The notes under the pieces were generated by a model. The model saw only the letters and a list, made by a program, of their open reading frames with translations, did not search any database and was not told the origin of the DNA. Shown piece after piece: positions 22,972 through 40,193 of a stretch of 64,000 nucleotides of DNA. The DNA is from Basidiobolus meristosporus CBS 931.73 (lineage: Eukaryota; Fungi; Basidiobolomycota). How positions within the stretch are numbered: position 1 is the stretch's first letter; each line of letters begins with the position of its first letter. A program made the translations under genes and the position numbers. The stretch covers positions 1-64,000 of the forward strand of contig MCFE01000324.1 of the NCBI GenBank assembly GCA_002104905.1, given 5' to 3'.

Positions 22972-24498
22972 ATGTACTCAGCTACTGATCCCGAACCCGC
23001 GAAATCCTCCACTTGGCCAAAAAGAAGAGTCTCCCTCCGCTCCTCCTCCCCCAACCCACTTCTTCAGACTCCCAAATCCCCAGATGCCTCACGGTACGTG
23101 AGGGATCCCAGTGCTGGCGTGGAGGCTGCCTCCCAGTCACAGGAAACCAAAAACCCACCTGTGCAGCCTCAGAAACCAAGGGAACCGCTGCACGAAGCAC
23201 CCAAGAGTGCCACCCGAAGTATGGGCAAGGGCGGGGCCAAAGAGTCTGCATTCAACTCCAGAAAGCCCGTGTTGACCATCCCCATCCCCCCGCCCCCGCT
23301 GGTGAGGAAGAAGAGCGGCGAGGTGGTGAAGTCAGCGTTGAAAGGAAGAACTCGCTCTATGCCAACGACGCCCACCAAATTCGTCCACTTCGGCGTCAAG
23401 CTGGAGCACGTCAAGCTGTTCCAGAAGGAGCAGAAGCCGGAATCGATCTCCAACCCAGTGTCGGACGACGAGGACGACTACTCCTCGGATGAGGACGGTG
23501 AGTACGTGCTGACCATACGCCTCCCAAACTTCCCTCCTCCCATCTTCTCCAGATCCATCTACAACTCCAAAACCATATCAGTGGACAAGATCCTGCTCTC
23601 GGAGGACAAGCAGGATCTCATGGGCACCGTGCAAATCCAGAACCTGTCGTTCCGCAAGGTGGTCGCCATCCGATACACGTTCGATTTCTGGAAAACGGTG
23701 GAGGAGGTGGTGGCCGACTACAAGGACTCGCCGGTCAGGCCCTGCCCGCAGTTCGTAGGCATCGATCGATTCACCTTCACCATCAACCTGGAGAACCGGA
23801 TCACCTTCTCCTCGCTGTCCCCTAAAAAAACCATGTTCTTCGCAGTGCGATACCAGGTCAATAACCAGGAGTTCTGGGACAACAACGACGGGATGAACTA
23901 CCAAGTAGATCTTGTGTACTCAAAGCCGTACCGCTTCCAGGCCTGGCCCTTCGACCTGGGGACAACCAAGGCCTCCGTCTCACCCGATACCCACGAGATA
24001 GCCCAGCCACGGAACCCCCTGTATGCATTCGGTTCGCCAGAGACCCCGTCGTTCCTCAGCCTTCATAGCAAAAATCTGGGCTCTAGATACGACTTCGGGG
24101 TCTCCCTCTCGGCAACCGTCCAAGGCGACGCCACCTTCGAGAAAATCCCCACCAAGGGGGCCTCCAACGGAGACGAGGCTCCCGACGCGAATCACGATCT
24201 GAGGCCCAAATCCTCGCTCTCCAGTCTTTTCGCCCATCCTGCACACAAGTCCTACAACCACCCGAATGGCGGTGATGTCATCCCATGGGATGAGCAGCCT
24301 GCCACTTGGAATGGGTATGACAACTATACCCCCGACTACTTCATCAGCAGCCCAAGTACCACCGAGTTCACTAACCCTGTACCTATTCCGCCCCGCAACA
24401 ACTCCCCCGGTGAAGACGAGCAATCGTACTCTGGCCTCTATTCAGGCTCATCCTTTGGCAACTACTCCACCTCCCCCGTATCTCGCATCCGAGGATAA
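22972..24498 (+). CDS. Glycogen-targeting protein phosphatase 1 regulatory subunit (CBM21; Gac1/Pig/Gip2 family)
   Basis: RVxF-type KFVHF motif; CBM21 (GTVQIQNLSFRKVVAIRYTFDFW..FAVRYQVNNQEFWDNNDGMNY); true start codon uncertain. Confidence 0.88.
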   Translation: MYSATDPEPAKSSTWPKRRVSLRSSSPNPLLQTPKSPDASRYVRDPSAGVEAASQSQETKNPPVQPQKPREPLHEAPKSATRSMGKGGAKESAFNSRKPVLTIPIPPPPLVRKKSGEVVKSALKGRTRSMPTTPTKFVHFGVKLEHVKLFQKEQKPESISNPVSDDEDDYSSDEDGEYVLTIRLPNFPPPIFSRSIYNSKTISVDKILLSEDKQDLMGTVQIQNLSFRKVVAIRYTFDFWKTVEEVVADYKDSPVRPCPQFVGIDRFTFTINLENRITFSSLSPKKTMFFAVRYQVNNQEFWDNNDGMNYQVDLVYSKPYRFQAWPFDLGTTKASVSPDTHEIAQPRNPLYAFGSPETPSFLSLHSKNLGSRYDFGVSLSATVQGDATFEKIPTKGASNGDEAPDANHDLRPKSSLSSLFAHPAHKSYNHPNGGDVIPWDEQPATWNGYDNYTPDYFISSPSTTEFTNPVPIPPRNNSPGEDEQSYSGLYSGSSFGNYSTSPVSRIRG

Positions 24499-25435
24499 GC
24501 TTAGACCCGCCGACCGACCTACACGATAGACATCCCCTTCTATCAACTCTTACGTAATATATATATATATCTCCCTTTAGTTTTTCATTTCCCTGTCCAT
24601 GCATCACAAGGACTGCTACCATGCTGTAACATATGTATCATCTTGACTTATTAAAATCCATCGATATGGACGACGCGGCAAAAGCAAGTCACAGCCTCAG
24701 CCTCAGCCTCTATCGATGATGATGTTGTGTGTAACACATGTTGGGAATCGCTGGGAGACGATGGCCAGCCATTGGCTATATTAGGAACCCGCCTGGGTTA
24801 TTTAAGGCAATCCCATCAGGGCGTCTTACCCTCCACCCCAAGACTGCGATTGATTGCAAATTCCACCGCCCCTATGTGGCTGAGAGAGAGATTGGTTCGA
24901 TTGGCGGTAGGGGGTGAAACATGGGGCAGCGTGTGCTGTGTTGGCTCCGGTTCCTAACTGGATGGCGGTTGGAAGTGGTCGTTGGTAAGCGTCTCCCCTT
25001 TCGTCCATTGCGGGCCTCGATTGGCTGGGATGCAATAGGGTTAAGTTGGCTTCCTCGATTTGGCCCTCATTTGACCATGGTTGATTTAGCGATCTTTATC
25101 GATGAATCGCTCGGTAGATAAGGCCGGCTTTGGGAAACGATTTTCCAGGTCGTTGTAACCCATTTAGACTAAGACTCGAACTCCAAGCGGAGGCAAGGAC
25201 GATCGCGAAGATTAGGATGCCGAGGATCGTCTGACCGTTGAGCCTCATTAATTACCCAACAGCCATTCGTCATGCGAAGGCAGGGTAGGATGGGTTGTGC
25301 GAAGTGGATTTATTTCTTACAAGTAAAGGTCTATCCTCACAATATGTACTAATTTCTACAGATAAAAGTTCAGAACGCCTAGCAAAATCATATTTAAACA
25401 ATTGGACGTGACCCCGTCGAGTGACCCCGTCGAGG

Positions 25436-30088
<4,653 letters not shown>

Positions 30089-30165
30089 GGTTTACTATGA
30101 ACAAGTAGCTTTCGTATCACGAAAGTTTACTTCAATTATACCGTTAAGAATAGGGAATGGTGTCG

Positions 30166-30171
30166 ACGCGT
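30166..30171. promoter_or_regulatory. MCB-like element ACGCGT upstream of SMC3
   Basis: Exact MluI box ~80 bp before the SMC3 ATG; a single hexamer. Confidence 0.4.
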
Positions 30172-30850
30172 TTGTCAGTCCTTAATCCCGCACAAACGAA
30201 TGCCTTTTTAATTGTATAAGAGGGGAATTGATTTCGAGAATTTCATTCGTTTTGAACGAGCCAACTGTAAACAAATCTCTTCGTTGGTACTAATAGAATC
30301 GTGGTAGATTCATAGTTGTTGAGGTCAATAATAATGTGATCAACCTCTGGTATTTACTGCTATGTTTGTTTGTCTATGGATCATCATTACAATGAATTTT
30401 TCTGGAATATCGATATTTTCTTGGTTAAATGTTTACATATTCAAGCACTAGAAAGTATACCTATTGATATCGGGTTTCAAGTCCATCGCCCTCCTCAGTA
30501 TGACCACTCACGAACACCAAGTCCAACTGATGAATACACTGGTTTTCGCATTCAAGTATTACCTTTTCTATACAGGGACATGGGTGTTGGTTTCTGAGTA
30601 AATGCTACCACTAATGAGTAAATGCATACACTCCAATATATATCTAATCTTGTGAAATTGAAGCCGGAAATAATCTGGCCAATAGTGTGAAACTAGGCAG
30701 ATTAAACGATTTAGTTAGTTTTAGCAAGGATCTAATTACATTGATAACAGTGCCTCAATGGTTATATGAATCTTCAATGCTTGGGCTGGGTGTGGAGATG
30801 ACCTTCTGTTCTCCTATTCCATTTGACGTCTTATTCTTCTAAAATCAAAG

Positions 30851-33800
30851 ATGAATAGTGACTTCACATTTAAGCGAAAAGACCTTAATAGGCGCACAGC
30901 AAGTCCTCTGCCTAGCTCCATTTCTCCCATAGGTGTTCGTACCTCCCGTTCCAACGATGGCCGACTCTCACAGGAACCAAACGTTGAAACAGACGCCTTG
31001 GATTGGGGTGGTGACGTTTTGGAACGTAGAGTGGCGTATGACAACTTCACAACCATAGGTGGGGCATAGCTCTTACAGTAGTGCGATGCGACTCTAGATT
31101 ACTGTTGCAAGGAAGCTCATAGACCATTCTAAACAACTCTTTATAGATTGGATCCACGATTTTGCAAAGGAGCGTTCCCGCCTTAGGAAATTAAAGAAAA
31201 AGAAAGGAACCAGAGGAAAATGGTTACAAGTATCGGATGCTACTCAAGCGTGGATAATTGTCTTTGCTGTTGGTAATTGCGGTCTGTTCGCATTCCATTG
31301 ATCTCCATCTCACGCCTTTCTCTGTTCAGGGCTTGCTGCTGGGTTGATTGCTGCCCTTATTGATATATCTTCTGAATGGTTGAGTGATCTCCGAGAGGGA
31401 TATTGCACCACTGGGTTCTATCTGAACAAGAAATTTTGTTGCTGGGAAATCGATGGTACTCATTGTTGGTTAGCTGAGCGCCTGTAATACACCACTCACC
31501 AGTTTTCATCAATGCAGATGGTGTTTCTTGTGATTATTGGCACAACTGGACCGGAAAATTCTGGGTTTCATACATCATCTACATAGTCACCGGGGTAACA
31601 CTTCCCCTTCTCATTTAATCGACACATCGTCTAACCCTTTTCTTTAGATCGGGTTTGCAGTAACCAGTGGTATCCTTGTCAAGCTTTATGCACCATACGC
31701 TATTTGGGACGGACTAGCTGAGGTGAAAACTATTCTTGGAGGGTTCATCATCAAAGGATTTCTAGGTGTTTGGACCTTAGTTATCAAGAGTCTTGGTTTG
31801 GTATGATCCAGGCAGCGGCTGTTTTATTGAAATGTCCGATTAACAAGCTTTGCACTGTTAGATCCTTGCCGTAGCATCCGGACTGTCGCTTGGTAAAGAA
31901 GGTCCTCTGGTTCATATCACTTGCTGCTGCGGGAACGTGTTTCTTCGCCTTTTCCCTAAATACAGTCAAAATGAAGGTATAGGTAGCATGCATATACCGT
32001 CTAGCTCCGGTTTTTCTAATGGAAAATTTAGCGAAAAAAAGAGAGATTTTGTCGGCAGCTTCCGCAGGAGGAATTTCGGTTGCGTTCGGTGCACCTATCG
32101 GTGGAGTACTTTTCAGTTTGGAGGTATGATTTCTTCCAGCCTGCTTGGCTCCAAGCATCTCACTTAGCCCAGATATTAGGAAGTGTCGTATTATTTCTCT
32201 GACTCAACAATGTGGAGAAGTTTCTTTTGCGCGATGGTTGCTTCAGTCGTCCTCCAGGTATGGAACGCCAAGCATTGAAGTCGCACCGTTTTACCGATTC
32301 TCATATCTTCCTTAGATGGTGAACCCGTTCAGGACTGGAAAATTGGTTTTGTTCCAAGCCTCTTACAACCGCGATTGGCACGGTTTCGAAATGATCTTCT
32401 TCGTCTTCTTGGGGATTTTGGGTGGGCTGTTGGGTGCACTCATCATCCGGTTAAATCTACGCATTACACGCATTCGAAACACATCTTTTATTCGCCATTA
32501 CCCTATCACCGAAATTGTTATAGTGGCAGCGATTACTGCGCTAATAAGTTATTTGAATATCTTCATGAGAGTAGACTCTACCGAACTCATCTCCAATCTA
32601 TTTCGTGAGTGTGAGGGGAACGACTACTATACACTATGTAATCATAACACCTTTGCCTCCAACGTGGGGCTACTGATCGTGGCAGCCATTCTCAAGATAG
32701 TACTCACCGTCCTAACGTTTGGTATTCAACTCCCTGCGGGTATTTTCATGCCTTCTATGGTTGTGGGGGCATGCTGTGGTAGAGCACTGGGCATTTTGGT
32801 GGAAGCATGGCAACGGTAAGAATAATACGTATGTCTCCATCGACCTTGTACTCAATTCGTTCCTTCGAAATGAACCAGATATTATCCAACATTCTGGCTT
32901 TTTGCAAGCTGCCCACCTGAAGGCTCATGCATCACTCCCGGAACGTACGCATTGGTCGGAGCAACAGCCGCGCTCGGTGGCGTTACTAGAATGACAGGTA
33001 TGCATGCACAAGCACTTGGACACCTATGAAGTCGCTAACATCCTTTCTTTAGTTTCTCTGGTCGTTATCATGTTCGAGTTGACTGGTGCACTGACATATG
33101 TGTTGCCTATCATGATTGCAGGTATTGTGAGGGAACTTTGTGTGGGCCTACTAGCCTTCGAGCTAATCATCGCTTTTTAGTTATGCTGAGCAAATGGGTT
33201 GGTGATGCGTTCGGAAAAGGAGGGATTTACGATGGAGTCATCAAGCTTCAGGGATATCCGTTCCTGGATAATAAAGAAACCTACAATTATGACTTCATCG
33301 GGTCCCAGGTAATGACTCGGGTTGATGATCTCGTGGTGATACCTGCCAATTCCACCACCCTGGATAGTCTAGGTAATTCCTTATGATGAACTGGCCTGCA
33401 GAAGTGTCGCTTAAGTTGGAGCAAATTCTAGATGAAATCATGCAGTTTACCGACTACAAAGGGTTCCCGGTAGTGAGCTCACTGCGCGATATGATGCTGA
33501 TCGGATTTATCTCGCGTAACGAGCTTCGGTTTGCCATCGGTAAGTTTCATACGATCCACTACAAACAAGCGAATACCAAGGATCCATTCCTAACTCTACT
33601 TAAGATCAAGCCAAACGAGCAGATGGGATTTCTGGATCAAGCCCGTGCTACTTTGGTACGGCCTTGCCAGTTCTTGAGGCAACAGCGTATGTTGATCTCC
33701 GCCCGTGGATGGATATGGTAATGTGGTGAAGATGGCTCCGTCAATGAGCAACCTATTGACATCGTTTGTGTTTAGACGCCGATCACCGCTTCGTACAAGC

Positions 33801-34062
33801 TTTCTATGGAGACAGTGATGGAGTTGTTCCGCAAAATGGTAAGCGGAAGAATGGTACTCGTGCTCTCCGTCGTCAGGAGTCGACTAACTGGTGTTCTCAG
33901 GGAATCCGCTACCTACTCTTCGTGCAAAACGGAAAGCTCCACGGGCTGCTTACGAAGAAAGACATCCTCCGGCACTTAGCCGTCGTCCACCGCATCCAAC
34001 GAATGGACGGGGAAAACCGGTTTCATTCGCTAAATCTTCGACTCAACGAGTTCGACAGTTGA
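30851..34062 (+). CDS. GEF1: CLC-family Cl-/H+ exchanger (ClC-3/Gef1-like) with CBS domains, multi-exon
   Basis: YDNFTTI|[34 protein letters not shown] pair; 5' exons uncertain. Confidence 0.9.
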
Positions 34063-34721
34063 CTTGGCCTGGCCCATTCCACATCCCACACCCCACGCCC
34101 CACACACATACACCCAACCGTACAAGTCAAACAACTGTAATATACCATCATGTCACCCCCACATAAAGAGAAGTTCGCTGAATTTTATTGACTGCAGTTA
34201 ATGTGTGGTTTTTACATGGGATAGGAAGTAAAATACACGAGCGGACTCTTCGTTGGAGTCGGGTCGAGGATGTTCATGAGTCACAGAATACGCTGGTTGA
34301 TAAAACTACAAAAAAAAGCACGGAACGGGATGGGTGGAGTCACGGAGATAGGATAAGATATAGAGGGGATTTCGCTGGTGCATTAATGGATTTCAAGAAG
34401 GGGCATTAGCGTGGTGGATATATATTATGTAGGTTGGCTTTTCTAACTCTCGTCAATAGGGGGGGGGGAATGGTTTCGGTTGAATCGACTCTAGTGTGCT
34501 GTTTACATACTCTCTACATACCCTATCACTTTCTCCTATTCCCTTGATTCAGTGTTATCCAAGAAATGGTCAAGCAACATGAGACGAGGATTATACACAT
34601 TGGGATAGTTTTGTAAAGGTACAAGATTATTTACTCTGGCGATGGGGTTAGAAGATTGCCCGGGAAGGTTGCATGAGGGAGAATGTGAACCACTTACAGG
34701 ATATATGTTGCTTCGAACAGG

Positions 34722-37700
34722 TTATATCTGAGTCAAGAAAGTCAAGCCCTACACAATGCCTGCCGTCAGTACCGGTCGGAATGGTGGACTATGCAATGGG
34801 TCACTTACATTGGATTCCAAATACCCCGCCAGGCCATCCGAGTTCTGCTTACTGGCTGCCAGGAACTTCTTCAGGTCCACTTTCGATTGCTTGTACTCGG
34901 TTGCCAACTGCGCTTCGCCCTGCACAAGAACGTAAGGTTCAGCTTTCCCGAATGGGAACTCACTTGCACAGACCGGGACTTACCTGCTCATCTCTTCTTC
35001 GCTTGAGGAAAGACGCCACGACCTTGGACGCGGGCGGGTTCAGAGCCGACGACTTTGTCAACGGCTCCAGCACGCGTGGTAGATCGGCCAGCTCGATTCG
35101 GGCCCCCTCCATCATGATCCCCATGTACTCGAAGGCCTGTGGGACGTCTATCGAGATGTCCTCCAGTTCGGATGCGACCGCGACGACGCTATCCACGAAG
35201 GCATTCTTTTCGATGATGTGCTCGGTGGCCAAGGTGTTGAGGAGGTTACTGGTTTGCTTGACTTGGTCCGGCTTCTTGTCAAACGCCTCGAAGAAGAACT
35301 CGGTCACTACGTGCTCATGGTATTCGGGACCACCGAGCTCCTGTATACACAGTTTCACCTCGTTCACGTCGCGGACCGAGAAATACTCCTCGATCATGGC
35401 CTTGATCTTAGCGTGGGCTTCATCCTTGCTCAGTTTGCCCTTTGCCGTCGGGGCGGAGTTGGCGAGGTTTCTCTCGGGGGTGGTAGGTTCCTTGGTCGAG
35501 TCGTCGGCCTTCTTGGATCTTTCCGAGGACATCAATGCGCTAAACATGTTCTTGCTGTTGCTGTGGTTCTTAGGCTTGGCATCATCCTTTCCCTTTGTGT
35601 CCGCACTCTTCCAGCCTTTAGAGCCTCCCCCGAGCACGCCAAATACGCCGCCACCTGGCCCGAGGCTGACCTGAGCCCCTGTCTTGCTACGTGTGAAGTT
35701 CCCGAAGCCAGAAAGATCCACCTTGCGAGAGGTGTTGCTGGCGGTGTTTCCAACTGTGTTCCAGCCGTCATGGGACATACCGCCAGAGCGTCGGTCTCTG
35801 CGTTCCGAGCCGGTACGAGAGAGATGATGGTGGTTCGGTCCATAGCCTCTGCCCCCGGAGCTAGTCGTTTTCCTCAGCATCTCCGCAGTCTCCTCCTTCT
35901 CCTTCTGTGCATCCTCGTGGATCTGAGAGATGGTCTTGGGGCCAGCGGCTTCCCTTCGAGGCACCCAGTTGTGAGCACGTAGCTCGATGATGTCGAGGAG
36001 CATGAAGCGGATGCGGCTGCTTAATTTACGGTTCACCGACATCTCCTTCACTCGGGCGAAGTAGGTGTCCATGTAAGCCTTCGCTTCTTTACGATCCAGC
36101 TGCTTTCCGACGGTGGTCATCAGTTTGCACAGACTTTCCGTCTCTTCCTCCTCAGGAGATTGGACGTTGCTGAGCAAGCGTTTGATGCATTCGTGCATGA
36201 TTCGCTCGGTCAACATCCCCAACTTGAACAGCTCCCCGATGAACATAATCAGGCCCAAGCCACGACGCTTGGCCTTTGCCGCTATGTAGTACTCATCACT
36301 GAGCAATGCATCGGCGCCTTCGGCGGCGGGATCCAGGGGTGAGTTGACCTTCCAGCCTTTCTCGAACTCCTCCTGGCATCTGCTCAGCAGATATTTGCGG
36401 AACAGGGAGCCGCCGATGATGTACTTGCCGTCCTTGTTCTTGACGTTCTCGTCCTTGACCTCCGGACTGAGCTTGTCCATCATTCTCCGGCAGAGCGAGG
36501 CGTAAATGGATACGAAGTTCGGCTCGTCGGTGGCCTTCTCGAACGTGATCTGGATCACGGTCTGGAGGGATTTCCCGTCGTTCTCCTGGGCGGAAAGGTT
36601 TCCGTACTCCGTAATCTTCTCGCTGATCGAGTCGAACTTCTCCAGGGTCAGCTTGTTGAGGAGTGACTTGACCTTGCGCACTATATCCTCGCTCCTGATC
36701 TCATCCTCGTGGTTGCTGGTCGGCTTTAAGGAGACGGGGACCCATCGGTTTTCGGAATGGTCCAGCGGGGCCACTTCGTCCAACGGAATGGTGGGCCCGC
36801 CGATTTGTGGTCGGTCATGCTTACGCTTGTCCCCACGACCAGAGCGAGAGCCACGGTTATCTCCTCGGGGACCCATGTTAAGGTGCATGCCCTGGTTTGA
36901 TCCAATATTCAGGCCCATCCCCATAGGCATTGATGGCATGCCGCCACTCGCCGTTCTTGGACCCAACCCGCGGCCGAAGCCACCCATGCCATTCCGGTGC
37001 ATATTCGGCCCTGGGAATCGCTCCTCGTTGTTGCGGGGTGTGTGCTTGAATGCCCCCATGTCATTGGGAAAGGCATTCGGTCCTTTAAAGCTTCCGCGGC
37101 CGGCACCCCCAGGTCTACGGCCCATACTGCTAGGCCTCCTCTCGGCACTCTCCTCGATTCCGAGGGATTCCAGGCTTGGCATGCTGGCCGGTTTCTCCCT
37201 GCACACCTCTGAGAACTGCAGCAAAAACGAGCGGTCGTACCGTAGTTTTCCCTCGGTGACCGAGGCGGGGCCTTGAATGTTGGGAGGATAAGGCACATGA
37301 TTCAATTGGTCGTGGTTAAGAATGCTTGGTGTGGTCGGGTTGGCGTCGGGTTTGACCGAGTCTTCGCATTGCTCTTCCACATCCTCGTCAGCTTCGCTCT
37401 CACTGAGTGTCGCCTCACTGTTATCGATGGCTGTGGCATCGTCGACCGTCTTCTTGGCATCGTCGGTGGTCTTGAGAGCATCGTCTACCTCAGGCTCCGC
37501 GCTTACAGGTTCTACGGGTGCTTTCTCGGCTTCGACCAGTAGCTCTGATGCTTGCTCTGTAGAGCTAGCCTCAGCTGCCTTGGATTCTACGAGAGCTACA
37601 TTACTGTGAGAGGGTTCGGCCAGCAGGCTGCCGGCTGCAGGGAGCTTGTCACTATCTACTGCTGGATGCTCTTCTGAGATTGCATCTACGGTTGCTTGGG

Positions 37701-39670
37701 CGTCATTATTCTTGTGGGTCTCTTCGGAGACCTCGGGATGAGCCTGCAATACAGGAAGAATTTCAACTGCATCAGACTTGATCTCCTCCGACTTAGCACC
37801 AGTCACCCCAGATGGGAGAGTCTCTTCTGTCGCCGAATGGTGGCTCTCATCCTTCGCCGGCTCCGGAGCCACCTCGGCCTTGACAATCGGCACTGGGGCC
37901 TCTTTCTTGATCTCCAACTCCTGGACGACACTCTTGACGTCCACCTTTTTATCGGGCTCCTCGTGGTGTTGCAGTTTGGTGGCAGGGTTGACGATTGGTA
38001 TGGCCTTGGAGATCTTCTTCTGGGGCACGCTAAAGAACTCCGCATCGGAGTCTAGCGACTTGGGATCCCTATCCTTCTTCTCCGCCTGGCTTGCCGCAGC
38101 GGCGAGGGCCTCAGTGGATGAGGATTTCTTGGAAATGTCCACCACACCACCCGTCTCGGGATTCACAATCTTGATCGCCTTGCTCTGCTTCGGCTGCGGT
38201 GTCACGAACCCACCGGAGCCGGAGGGCATCCGCTGCTGAGGAATCCCACCCGGCATGTGAGGAACCACCCCGTAAGGCATCTGGTACACTGGCCTATAGT
38301 ACGCCTGCTGCGTCGAAGGATCGAACTGCGGGGGGTAGCTAGCATACTGGTACGGGTACTAAAAATACGAGAATCATCAATGTTTGCTTTCGGGGGGAAG
38401 TCTACAAGATACATACATATGGCGCACCCCACGCTTGCACTGGAGTACCCGGAGGGATCGCTACCGACATGGGCGACATGCTTGGGGACAAGGTAACGTG
38501 TGGGATAGGTGGGGTGAGTGGGATTTGGGCCGGGCTGAGGCCTGGCTTTTCTCTACCTCTCTGCTGGGGTGACGTAAACTGGCCGTGAACGGCAGGGCCA
38601 TTGGCGAGGATGGGGGAAGCCATAGTCATAGAGATAGGAGACTGTGGGTATGGCGGCCGGATATGTGTTTGTAGTGGTGAGGGATGAGGCTGATGCATTT
38701 GTAAAGGGGATTGCGGGTGAAAATGATGAGACGGTTGGTGTGCAGGTGGTGCGTGGTGTACAGTTGGGGAGGGGATACTTGGCGGTCTTGGCGAAGGTTG
38801 GGGCGTCCGATGAGTAGGCTGGGCCTCCGGGTATCCATTCGGATGAGCAGTGTGGGGTTTCGACTTGGAGCCATCAGAAGCTGATGGGCCTCTGTAGTTC
38901 GGATTAGTACTGCTTTTCGAATGGTAGCCGCCGTAAGATTTATTGGAGTTATCCTGGAGCCGGTTGTGGAGCTGAGGAGAGTGTGAACCGCCCCTAGAGC
39001 CATTTTGATATCTCGAACTGCCGCCTCCCACCGGCCGAACGGGTGTAGGGGGCCTTGGTGAGGATTTCAGAGGGAAGGACTGGGAAAGTTTTAGTGGTGG
39101 GGAGACATCATCTAAACGACTTTGCCTTTTACTCACCGCGGCCTCTTTAGAGATCACGACTGGGGAAGTTGGATTTTTGCTGAAAGGTGGCTCGGTATTT
39201 AGCGAGCTCTGGCCCAAAGTTCCGAATTGAATCCCAGGCGCTGCAAAAATACCAGGGTAAGATGGTTGAAAAGTGGCCCGTGGGGAAGTGACTTGGTTAC
39301 CTGTGGTGTTCGGGTTGGGCTGAGAGGGAGTGTCGGCCGATTTAGAAAAAGGTTTTTTCCCCCAAGCATTATTACTTGAGGTCAGATGTGAAGGGTTCCG
39401 TGGGCCGGATCTAATAGGTGGATAGCAGTTAAGGAGAGCAAGTGGGACAAGTCAGCAATGGGCTGTTCAAAGCAAGTAAGGATACGAGTAATGTGGTGTC
39501 TTTCCCGAGGTGGAGGGAGCCCCATTTGTGTTTTTGTGTTGTGTGGATGGAATGGTTGATACTGGCTCAGAAGCGGTGGATTTCGATTGAGTGGACGGTT
39601 GCTGTCTAGTGGTTTGGGCATATGAGATAGGCGGTGCACCGTTACTAAAATGATTGGACTTGCGGTTCAT
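34722..39670 (-). CDS. TIF4631: Translation initiation factor eIF4G (eIF4E-binding motif, MIF4G, MA3)
   Basis: YDRSFLL eIF4E-binding motif; KVKSLLNKLTLEKFD MIF4G; MA3 region; manually spliced exons in frame from ATG 39670 to TAA 34722. Confidence 0.93.
39411..39485 (-). other. U12-type GT-AG first intron of eIF4G
   Basis: Donor GTATCCTTAC, branch TCCTTAAC; splicing keeps exon 1-2-3 in frame to ...IQFG. Confidence 0.85.
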
Positions 39671-40193
39671 AACTAATGATGCTTGAGGACGCAAACCGTT
39701 AAGGTTTAAAGGCTTGAAACAATGGGTAGGCCAGGGTTTGATGGAGTGCACGTTTAGTTGCCAGCAGTCAGGGGGTATATTGAGGTCAGATTCAATTGAA
39801 ATCAATTAAATCCAGAGAAATGCTATCCTGCTATAATGTGAGCTGGATGAAATCCCGATAAATCTTTCAGGAACCCGATAGTTTTATAGGAGTGACGGGA
39901 GCAAGTCATCGCTTGTTGAAATCAACGTTTATTGTCCGCAAATGCACTACTCTGACTACACAAATCAATCACGAATATCAAAACAAATGGCCAATCAAAC
40001 CCATCACCAACACTGTGGAAACAAGGAGAAGAACAGAGGGAACGTTGTTGACAAGAAGTGCAAAGCAAAGCATCGTGTGACGGCCTAGTTGTAAGGTGAC
40101 GCAAGCGCCCAATCACAGTCAGCCATGAGTTTTGTACTTCGATTCATTCATTCATAAATTGGATTATATTTTGATTTGGCTGTATAACCTACT

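Noticed and set aside
25173-25184. GTTCGAGTC T-loop-like motif on the minus strand (tRNA?)
   Set aside because: T-stem does not pair beyond ~3 bp, and no acceptor or D arm is present.
31670-31677. GTATCCTT in the CLC gene as a U12 donor
   Set aside because: Lies within a conserved in-frame exon (TSGILVK) with no matching branch site.
34673-38239. Long plus-strand ORFs opposite eIF4G (333, 254, 256 aa etc.)
   Set aside because: Antisense shadows of a GC3-biased coding exon; same for ORFs opposite RPL17, SMC3, ODC and ACL.
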